Notes under the pieces: model-generated
What the model was told of the DNA's origin: nothing
What the model saw: only the letters and a program-made list of their open reading frames with translations
Database searches by the model: none
Assembly: GCA_016234265.1 (NCBI GenBank)
Contig: JACRFW010000054.1
Span: 1-49,236 of the forward strand
Length of the DNA stretch: 49,236 nt
Source: Candidatus Magasanikiibacteriota bacterium
Lineage (GTDB): Bacteria > Patescibacteriota > Patescibacteriia > Magasanikbacterales > GWA2-37-8
Direction of reading: 5' to 3'
Shown here: positions 42,615 through 49,236 of the stretch, piece by piece
Layout: each line of letters opens with the position of its first letter
How positions within the stretch are numbered: the first letter of the stretch is position 1
Position numbers and translations under genes: made by a program

Positions 42615-42649
42615 AAAAAACCCTGAACCAGAACGGTACAGGGTTTTTT
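42615..42649. terminator. Bidirectional intrinsic terminator (hairpin family CCMTGNACC-AGAAC-GGTNCAKGG)
   Basis: aaaaaa-ccctgaacc-agaac-ggtacaggg-tttttt, with one mismatch in the 9 bp stem. It lies between the convergent era-side unit and ctpA. Confidence 0.6.
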
Positions 42650-42665
42650 GTTTCTCTGCTATTGG

Positions 42666-42693
42666 GGGATCCTTCGCTTTGCTCAGGATGACA
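42666..42693 (-). repeat. Solo half-copy of the family B element (28 bp)
   Basis: Its reverse complement tgtcatcctgagcaaagcgaaggatccc is identical 28/28 to the left arm of the recJ-borne copy (28022-28049). Confidence 0.8.
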
Positions 42694-42703
42694 GCCGATG
42701 CTG

Positions 42704-43978
42704 TCACTTCTTTATTCCCAAAATCTCGTAGGCTTTGTCAATCATCACGTCCTGCCCGACTTGTTCCTGGTCAAAGTCTTCTTTCACAACAGTGTCTGGG
42801 GTTATCCCCTTCTCATTGATATTATTGCCATTCGGGGTATACCACTCGGCCACGGTAATTTTAAGCGCGGAGCCATCGGGCAAATTTTCAAACTCCTGCA
42901 CCGACCCTTTGCCGAAAGTTTTTTCGCCGACCACGGTAGCGGCTTTCTGATCCTGCAGAGCGCCGGCCACGATTTCCGAGGCCGAGGCCGAGCCGCCGTT
43001 AACCAAGACCACCGTCTTCAGGCCGGCCAAGCGATGCAGACCTTCGGTTTCATGGACATTTTCCCGGCCGCCGCTGAACTTTTCGCTGACGATAACGCCG
43101 TCCGTAATCCACTCGCTCGCCATGGCGACCGCGGCGTCCAGATAGCCGCCCGGGTTATTGCGCAAGTCCAAAATAATAGCCGCGGCTTTCCGGTCTTTGA
43201 GCATGCCAATGTAGCGCGAAAGATTGGGCGTGGTCTGATCGTTAAACTGCATAATGCGCAGATAGGCCACCCCGCCCGGGCGCATGGAAAAGAGCACCGA
43301 TGGCACATTGATAGTGGCGCGATGAATGGTAAGGTCGCGCGGTTTGTCCCAGCCAGCGCGCATGATGGTGAGAACGACGGTGGTGGTAGTGGAACCGCGG
43401 ATATGCTCAACCGCCGTAGATACGTCCATGCCGAGCGTTGATTTCCGATCAATCGCCAGAATCCGGTCCGCCGGGCGAAGGCCGGCGCGCTCGGCTGGGG
43501 TGTCCGGCAGTGGAGCGATCACCATCAACTGATTATTTTTATTTCCAATTTCCGCGCCAATGCCGCCAAACTCCCCGGCCAGGCTTTTGGTGAACTCGGC
43601 CGCGGGGGCCGGCGGGAAAAATACCGAGTAGGGGTCGCCGAGGCCATACACCAGACCCTGCAGAGCGCCATAGAACAGCTCGCTGTCTTTCACCGGTTGT
43701 TTGACATACTTTTCCCGCACTTTGTCCCACACCGTCCAAAATTGAACGAAGTCAACGTCTTTGGAATGATTGACGCCCCGATCAATATTGATGACGTCAG
43801 AGACTGCTACCCGGCTATCGCTTGAGGACAGTTGTTTCTTTAAAATCATGGCCCGGCCAATGAATATGCCGGAACCAAAAGTTAAAATAAATAAAATAAC
43901 CGCGAGGTAGGTGCTGACATAGCGATGGGCGCGTTGTTTGGTCGGCGAAGGCGGGTTGGCAAACGGAAAATTGGCCAT
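42704..43978 (-). CDS. ctpA: S41-family carboxy-terminal processing protease
   Basis: An N-terminal TM helix, a PDZ segment (GLRPADRILAID) and the catalytic NGGSASASEI motif. Confidence 0.9.
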   Translation of the reverse strand: MANFPFANPPSPTKQRAHRYVSTYLAVILFILTFGSGIFIGRAMILKKQLSSSDSRVAVSDVINIDRGVNHSKDVDFVQFWTVWDKVREKYVKQPVKDSELFYGALQGLVYGLGDPYSVFFPPAPAAEFTKSLAGEFGGIGAEIGNKNNQLMVIAPLPDTPAERAGLRPADRILAIDRKSTLGMDVSTAVEHIRGSTTTTVVLTIMRAGWDKPRDLTIHRATINVPSVLFSMRPGGVAYLRIMQFNDQTTPNLSRYIGMLKDRKAAAIILDLRNNPGGYLDAAVAMASEWITDGVIVSEKFSGGRENVHETEGLHRLAGLKTVVLVNGGSASASEIVAGALQDQKAATVVGEKTFGKGSVQEFENLPDGSALKITVAEWYTPNGNNINEKGITPDTVVKEDFDQEQVGQDVMIDKAYEILGIKK

Positions 43979-43999
43979 AGACTTTGATTATTTCATAAA

Positions 44000-45304
44000 T
44001 TATTCTCTCACTACAGTAATATCGGCGCCGGCTTGGTTTAATGTCTCATAGAGATTCTCGTAACCGCGGTCTATCTCATAGGTGTTGCGCAAGACCGACC
44101 GGCCTTTGGCCCCCAGCATCGCGATGAGGATGTTCACGGCCGGCCGGAGCGCCGGCGGGCAGACGACTTCGTTAGCGACCAACTTGGTTGGTCCTTCTAT
44201 CCAGACCCGGTGCGGGTCAAGCAGGGTGACTTTCACGCCGAGTTTCTGTAATTCCAAATGATACACCGCCCGATTTTCAAACGCCCAATCATGAACGAGC
44301 GTCCGCCCCTTGGCGAGAGCGAGAATGGGCACGAAGAGGGGCAGGTTATCCATATTCAAACCCGGGAAGGGCCGGCCTTCAATTTTGTCCGGCAGCGCCA
44401 CCAGAGTGCTCGGCTGAATAAATACATCCACCACCGCAAATTTGCCGTTTTCCGAATGACGCTTGTTTTTTATCGTCAAGCGCGCGCCCATTTTCTGCAG
44501 TTTATAGAGCTCAAGTTCCAGAAACTCCAGCGGACAATTCTTGATGGTGACGGTGGAGCGGGTGACGAGGCCGGCCGCGATATAAGTCATAGCCACAATC
44601 GGATCGGGCATGATGCTATACTCTTTCACCGCCTGCAGTTTTTTTACGCCCACAATGGTGAGGGTAGTGGTACCGATGCCGGAAATTTTGGCACCGGCCT
44701 GATTGAGGAAATAGCACAAATCTTGCACCTGATAATTGGCTGAGGCCATTTTGATGGTGGAAGCGCCCGGCGCGAGCACGGCCGCCAAGACGGCATTGGC
44801 TGTGGCCGTGTCGCCAGATTCGTACATAACAATGGCAGCGGCGCGCAACGGATGATTTACCACCTCGTAATAACGGTCACGAGAGAGAATGGCCACGCCA
44901 AAATTTTCCAAAGCATAGAGATGCGGCCGGACGGTGCGATGGCCCAATTTACAGCCGCCGGATTTGTAGATTTTGTACCCTTTCTCCCGGGCCGCCAAAG
45001 CGCCAAACAGCAAGAGCGATGCGCGGGTCTTTTCGGAAGCAGGGCGATCAATAGCCGCAAGCCGCAAAGGGGCGGAGGAATCCAGAACGACTGTCCCGGG
45101 TTTGCTGTCATCAACTTGTACGCCGATGCTTTTCAACAGCTCAATGATACGATAGACTTCCTCAATCTGCGGAACCGCTGTCAGCACTACCCGCCCACGC
45201 ACGGCCGCGGCGGCGCACAAAATGGCCACGGCGGAGTTCTTGGCGGACTGGTTTTGAATGGCGCCGTGGAGTTTCCGGCCACCATTTATTACGACGTAAG
45301 ACAT
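44000..45304 (-). CDS. murA: UDP-N-acetylglucosamine 1-carboxyvinyltransferase
   Basis: The EPSP-synthase/MurA fold repeats, an N-terminal G.I...G.KN and the active-site region SGGCKLGHRTVRPH. Confidence 0.95.
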   Translation of the reverse strand: MSYVVINGGRKLHGAIQNQSAKNSAVAILCAAAAVRGRVVLTAVPQIEEVYRIIELLKSIGVQVDDSKPGTVVLDSSAPLRLAAIDRPASEKTRASLLLFGALAAREKGYKIYKSGGCKLGHRTVRPHLYALENFGVAILSRDRYYEVVNHPLRAAAIVMYESGDTATANAVLAAVLAPGASTIKMASANYQVQDLCYFLNQAGAKISGIGTTTLTIVGVKKLQAVKEYSIMPDPIVAMTYIAAGLVTRSTVTIKNCPLEFLELELYKLQKMGARLTIKNKRHSENGKFAVVDVFIQPSTLVALPDKIEGRPFPGLNMDNLPLFVPILALAKGRTLVHDWAFENRAVYHLELQKLGVKVTLLDPHRVWIEGPTKLVANEVVCPPALRPAVNILIAMLGAKGRSVLRNTYEIDRGYENLYETLNQAGADITVVRE

Positions 45305-45327
45305 AAAAAAGCTTTCCGATATAAGCT

Positions 45328-45356
45328 TTGACGAAGGGCTGATTTTCAGTTATGAT
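45328..45356 (+). promoter_or_regulatory. Promoter TTGACG-17-TATGAT
   Basis: Hexamers at 45328-45333 and 45351-45356 lie upstream of the PEGA gene ATG at 45389. Confidence 0.45.
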
Positions 45357-45388
45357 TAAGTATACTTTACTATCAGCGTTTTGACAAT

Positions 45389-46744
45389 ATGGAATACCCG
45401 GGAGCCACGTTCATTCGCCCGTTGCGCCGCGCTGTTTTGTTTCTTTTTATTGCGACATTTTTTATCGCCGCGCCGCTCGTGGTTTTGTACACCACCGGCT
45501 ACCGCTACGACTTTAAAAACGGGCTGTGGCGAGAAACCGGCAGTTTAAGCGTGGACGTGGAGCCGGCAACCGCCCGCGTATCGCTGGATAATTTGGCTCT
45601 GCCCGATGTGCTGCCGATCCGGTTGAAAGATATCATCCCCCATAAATATAATCTAAAAATCAGCGCGCCGGGTTACTATGACTGGCAAAAAGAAATTGAC
45701 ATTAAAAATAAACAAACTACATATATAAAGGAAGTGGTCCTCCTTAAAAAAAGTCAACCCCGGGAAATAGTGCGCGGAAAAGTGAGCGCTCTTGGTGTTT
45801 CGCACGACGGTCAATACCTGCTCTATAGCCTGAATCAGGATACCCATACGCCGATTTTTCTCCGAGACACAGCGACCGGCCAAAACACCATCGTCGCCGA
45901 CTTCCCCGGCCCGGAGCCGCCACAAATAGTATGGGCAAGAAAAAATAACACGGCTGTCATCGCGGCGCCGCAACAGGCTCCTTTTACACGGCTGATGGTG
46001 GTGACCGCCGATAACCTGACCAAGACCCGCGATTTAACACCGGTTGCCGGCGGTCCGATTGCGGCGTTTGAATGGAGAGATTCCGTTGAAGCGGAGCTTT
46101 ACTATAGCACCCCGGGAACGATTGCTTCGTTTTTTCCGATTACCGGTCAAAAACGCACCATCACTAAAAATTCCTATCTGGGCTGGCGCGTTGAGCAAGG
46201 GGGCCTCTGGACATTATCCGCGGCCACCACCACGGCTTCGCTCACCATCACCAAAGACACCATCGGGTTCAGTAAAACTTTTGCCACCGTCCCCCTGCCG
46301 GCGGAGTCGCCCACTATGGCCGACCCGGCACAGTGGCGTCTGCTCTCGGCAGAAAATGACACTGTCCTCTTGGGCAACAAGGCCGCCGCAAAAATGTTCA
46401 TTGTCCGACCGGATAAACAGTTTACCGTTTCAGCCACCGCTCTGTTGCTTTCCCCCTATAACCATTGGTGGCTGCTCTCGTCGCCCTCCGAGCTCTGGAC
46501 CTACAGCGACGGTGACGAACCGTATCTGCTGACCCGCTCCGGCGAATCGCTCCGCGGGGTCGCGCCGCTTGATCAATATAACACCTTAGCCATTTATTCC
46601 GATAAAACAGTGTCGTTCATCTTTCCGTACTATCTGGTCCAGCATGACATGGTGAAGCATGGAGTGGCCGCGCTCTCAGCCGACACGACTAATCGGGTGC
46701 TCTATTTTGGCGATCAAAACGGTTTGTGGTCACTAACATACTAA
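45389..46744 (+). CDS. PEGA-domain protein with N-terminal TM helix
   Basis: The PEGA-like segment is ATARVSLDN...YNLKISAPGYYDWQKEIDI. The rest is uncharacterised and looks beta-rich. Confidence 0.7.
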   Translation: MEYPGATFIRPLRRAVLFLFIATFFIAAPLVVLYTTGYRYDFKNGLWRETGSLSVDVEPATARVSLDNLALPDVLPIRLKDIIPHKYNLKISAPGYYDWQKEIDIKNKQTTYIKEVVLLKKSQPREIVRGKVSALGVSHDGQYLLYSLNQDTHTPIFLRDTATGQNTIVADFPGPEPPQIVWARKNNTAVIAAPQQAPFTRLMVVTADNLTKTRDLTPVAGGPIAAFEWRDSVEAELYYSTPGTIASFFPITGQKRTITKNSYLGWRVEQGGLWTLSAATTTASLTITKDTIGFSKTFATVPLPAESPTMADPAQWRLLSAENDTVLLGNKAAAKMFIVRPDKQFTVSATALLLSPYNHWWLLSSPSELWTYSDGDEPYLLTRSGESLRGVAPLDQYNTLAIYSDKTVSFIFPYYLVQHDMVKHGVAALSADTTNRVLYFGDQNGLWSLTY

Positions 46745-46748
46745 GACT

Positions 46749-47150
46749 ATGAAACTCATCACCTATACCGATGGCGGCGCGCGCGGCAACCCCGGGCCGG
46801 CCGCCGCGGGTATCGTGGTAAAAAACGAGGACGGCGAGGTGCTCGCCTCATTCGGACTCTACCTCGGCAACCAGACGAATAACTTTGCCGAATACACCGC
46901 GCTTCTTGAAGCTCTGAAAAAAGCCAAAGAACTGGGCGCGACCGAAGTAGATTGTGTTTTGGATAGCGAACTGGTGGTCAAACAGATGCGCGGCGAGTAC
47001 AAAGTGAAAGAACCGACGCTACAGAAATTGTTTGTCCAGGTCTACAATAAAGCCCAGCAGTTCAAAAAGGTCACCTACCGCCATGTACTCCGCCACCTGA
47101 ACAAGGAAGCGGACAAAGAAGTGAACAAGGCGCTGGACGAAAATGTCTAA
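46749..47150 (+). CDS. rnhA: Ribonuclease HI family protein
   Basis: TDGGARGNPGPAAAG, NNFAEYTAL and the C-terminal N.EADK. Confidence 0.9.
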   Translation: MKLITYTDGGARGNPGPAAAGIVVKNEDGEVLASFGLYLGNQTNNFAEYTALLEALKKAKELGATEVDCVLDSELVVKQMRGEYKVKEPTLQKLFVQVYNKAQQFKKVTYRHVLRHLNKEADKEVNKALDENV

Positions 47151-49033
47151 TAGTTCATCGTCCGGTAGACCAAGGGCAAGTCACCACCCATGGCAGTAAT
47201 ATCGCTCGTCACGCCGTCAGTCCAATGTATGCCCGCCGGCGGTAAACGGATGGAGAGCAAGCCGTTGGCGGTCGCATCGGTGGTATCAAGGGTTATAAAA
47301 AACGTCTTTGACGCGCCGGCGGAAATATCAACATCAGTCATTGCGCTATCGGTAAAACTCGCCAGTTGCGCCTTTCCCGGGGCGGCGCTCCAGACCACTT
47401 GCCCCAGAGGGGTGGTAGTCAGGTTATCTTTATATACGGTGAGATAGCGGGTACCAGAGGCCATAGAGAATGTGGAAATCAATTCCGGATTCATATATTT
47501 TATCTGGGCCATATAGAGCCCGGCATTGGCCAGGTTGGTAATCATAATTTTCCCAACCACCTGGCTGGCACTGGGCGCCGAGGCGCCGGTGGGCGAATCC
47601 GGTATCCAGGCGACAGTCAATTTTTGCCGGTAGAGAGTCAGGGCGGCGCCGTAGGAGCCGGGCGGGCTGCCAGCCGGAGCGCCCATACTCACTACTGCCG
47701 GAGCGACAGTATCGCCCGAAGCCGCGCCGGCGGCGACAATAGGATTCGCTGAACCGATGGCGGAGAGAATGGCGGGAGTAACGGTCTGGCCGGTGGTGGT
47801 AAAGCCGCCTTCCATATATGAAGTAAAATCAACTTTGAGAGCAATCGTTTTTGAGGTTCCCGCCGGAATGCTCAAGGTATCGGAATAAAATGTGGCATGC
47901 TTATAATTTGGCAGCGTGGTGGATGCGCCGGCAACAGTGTCACTTAAGGCCGGCACGGCCGAACCGATCTGCGCCTCCGTGAGATCATCCACCACACGGA
48001 CGTTTCGGACAGCGCTACCGGCGCCATTTCCGGCGACGAGAAAGCTAACCGTCAGTTGTTTTACATGGACTGCTTCGTTTGGTCCGGCGCTCAATTTAAA
48101 TCGGGCAACCACTTGATCGGTCGCGCCCATGATATAGTTGGTGGCCGGCGGGCTGTCCGCTGCAGTCTGCGCGGCAAGAGTGCCGCCGCCAGCGATATAA
48201 TCGGCCTGAAGCGGCAAATGGAGATTGCTCAGGCTCATATCGTTGCCGGTCACGTCGCTGACCGCGTTAACCTGTTCAACGGTGAAAAGCGGCATTGGAC
48301 TGGGCGTAACGGCAGTAAGATCGGCCAACACATCTACCACATACCGCGTGTTGGCCCGAATCAGCGCTCCGGGCCTAAAGCTAAAGGCATAGGCCGGGCA
48401 GGCGGCAGAGGGAATCACGGTGCTGGATTGCTGATTGGCATAGCCCCGAAGAACAATATTATCCACATACCGGGCGGTGCAGGCCCCAGAGGCATCACGG
48501 AGCACAACGCTATCTACGAGCGCATCGTCGCTTACCGGCGCGGTGATTATAAAAGAAGCGACTTTTACCAGGGTGGCGCGCAGCATGCCCGTCGGGTTGG
48601 CCACCGTGCCGTCGCTGACAGCGGTATTTTTTGAAACCTCAATTTTATTTTTATTCACGGCGTAGGACAGGTCTTTCACGAGCGTGGCCACAAAACCAAC
48701 ACGCTGCTTCGCTCCGGTTATTTCCAGCGAATGCCCGGCAGCGAGCGCCGACAGCGCGATGGCGACTCCATTCTTATCCAAAAATCTCGTGGACAGCGTG
48801 GTATTCACCGTGACAGCAGACTTTGTCCGCCCAGAAACAACGACCACTAAAGACACCGTGCCGTTCGCGGCGGCTTGTTTTGATTTTAAAACGCCTTGGA
48901 TGGTGGTGACGCCCAGCACGCGCCCGCCGGCAGAATCACCGGCGATGTCCTGGTCTAAATTCACCAAAGCAACGCTCGCCACGAGCGCCAGCGCGACCAC
49001 AGCAGTGCCGATAACAAAAAATTTACTCCTCAT
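47147..49033 (-). CDS. Secreted or cell-surface protein, Ala/Thr/Val/Ser-rich, function unknown
   Basis: The signal/anchor is MRSKFFVIGTAVVALALVASVAL. ATG at 49033 is preferred, because the track TTG at 49072 overlaps the -10 element. Confidence 0.7.
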   Translation of the reverse strand: MRSKFFVIGTAVVALALVASVALVNLDQDIAGDSAGGRVLGVTTIQGVLKSKQAAANGTVSLVVVVSGRTKSAVTVNTTLSTRFLDKNGVAIALSALAAGHSLEITGAKQRVGFVATLVKDLSYAVNKNKIEVSKNTAVSDGTVANPTGMLRATLVKVASFIITAPVSDDALVDSVVLRDASGACTARYVDNIVLRGYANQQSSTVIPSAACPAYAFSFRPGALIRANTRYVVDVLADLTAVTPSPMPLFTVEQVNAVSDVTGNDMSLSNLHLPLQADYIAGGGTLAAQTAADSPPATNYIMGATDQVVARFKLSAGPNEAVHVKQLTVSFLVAGNGAGSAVRNVRVVDDLTEAQIGSAVPALSDTVAGASTTLPNYKHATFYSDTLSIPAGTSKTIALKVDFTSYMEGGFTTTGQTVTPAILSAIGSANPIVAAGAASGDTVAPAVVSMGAPAGSPPGSYGAALTLYRQKLTVAWIPDSPTGASAPSASQVVGKIMITNLANAGLYMAQIKYMNPELISTFSMASGTRYLTVYKDNLTTTPLGQVVWSAAPGKAQLASFTDSAMTDVDISAGASKTFFITLDTTDATANGLLSIRLPPAGIHWTDGVTSDITAMGGDLPLVYRTMNY

Positions 49034-49060
49034 AAAACTATAGTTAAAAACAATACCTTT

Positions 49061-49069
49061 AGTATAGCA
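49061..49069 (-). promoter_or_regulatory. Extended -10 TGCTATACT
   Basis: The rc of 49061-49069 lies 27 nt upstream of the ATG at 49033. Confidence 0.4.
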
Positions 49070-49107
49070 CAAAAAGTGACCAATAGTGTATACCGTAATG
49101 ACCTCCT

Positions 49108-49147
49108 CCCCGGGTTCCGTCCGCTTCGTCGCGGACTACACCCGGGG
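49108..49147 (-). terminator. Nested GC-rich hairpin between two minus-strand genes
   Basis: The outer stem is ccccgggt/acccgggg and the inner stem is gtccgc/gcggac. It lies 30 nt after the TGA at 49178-49180 of the upstream gene. There is no clear U-tract. Confidence 0.35.
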
Positions 49148-49177
49148 TTTCCTGTTCGACGGCATGAGAACCAACAC

Positions 49178-49236
49178 TCAGGCCTTTTTGTTTTTGTAGT
49201 TAAATAAGGTGATCGTCTGGGGCTTCTCCTTCTTAC
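49178..49236 (-). CDS. C-terminal 19 codons of a gene entering from the right edge
   Basis: The minus frame reads ...KKEKPQTITLFNYKNKKA then TGA. It is too short to identify. Confidence 0.3.
   Translation of the reverse strand, partial: KKEKPQTITLFNYKNKKA

Noticed and set aside
49098-49199. 33 aa plus-strand ORF MTSSPGSVRFVADYTRGFLFDGMRTNTQAFLFL with GC-rich codons, considered as a small peptide or RiPP precursor
   Set aside because: It coincides with the nested hairpin and with the 3' end of a minus-strand gene. It has no SD and no neighbouring maturation genes. The GC-richness is explained by the stem.
1-49236. Search for tRNA, rRNA, tmRNA, RNase P and SRP RNA genes
   Set aside because: I saw no GTTCGAATC-type T-loop contexts, no rRNA-like segments and no RNase P GGAAAGTCCGG core. 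A by-eye scan cannot exclude a small RNA, so tRNAscan or Infernal should be run.

Overview
The window looks like a gene-dense piece of a small Patescibacteria/CPR-type genome, roughly 50% GC by eye. This assignment is inferred from gene content: a CxxC-x17-CxxC protein, PEGA and DUF192 proteins, an orphan TraD-like ATPase, a membrane-anchored Clp ATPase, and very short intergenic spacers. About 50 protein genes are present and most are housekeeping. They include dnaB, ybaB-like, recR, rplU, mraZ-rsmH-ftsL-like, murJ, lepA, recJ, pyrG, rplI, era, a ctpA-like protease, murA and rnhA. There is also a cell-envelope glycosylation cluster at 30.5-38.6 kb. I found no rRNA, tRNA, CRISPR array, transposase or integrase.

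Five things are not ordinary:
1. A ~670 bp single-gene island (about 41910-42578) holds a 161-codon ORF in which every codon ends in G or C. Its expression signals look actinobacterial, and it lies between era and the native terminator.
2. At least ten copies of short palindromic MITE/REP-like elements have TGTCAT...ATGACA termini. Three lie in frame inside lepA (two) and recJ (one).
3. A PEP-synthase-like gene pair is decayed: one gene is frameshifted and the other is 5'-truncated. It is interrupted by an AAA+/DUF4143 ATPase cassette that carries a perfect 26 bp palindromic promoter/operator.
4. An orphan TraD/VirD4-like ATPase has a 238 aa proline-rich repeat tail.
5. A Clp/Hsp100 ATPase has an N-terminal zinc ribbon, TM helices and a degenerate first ATPase module.

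All functional calls rest on motifs I recognise by eye. No database search was run.
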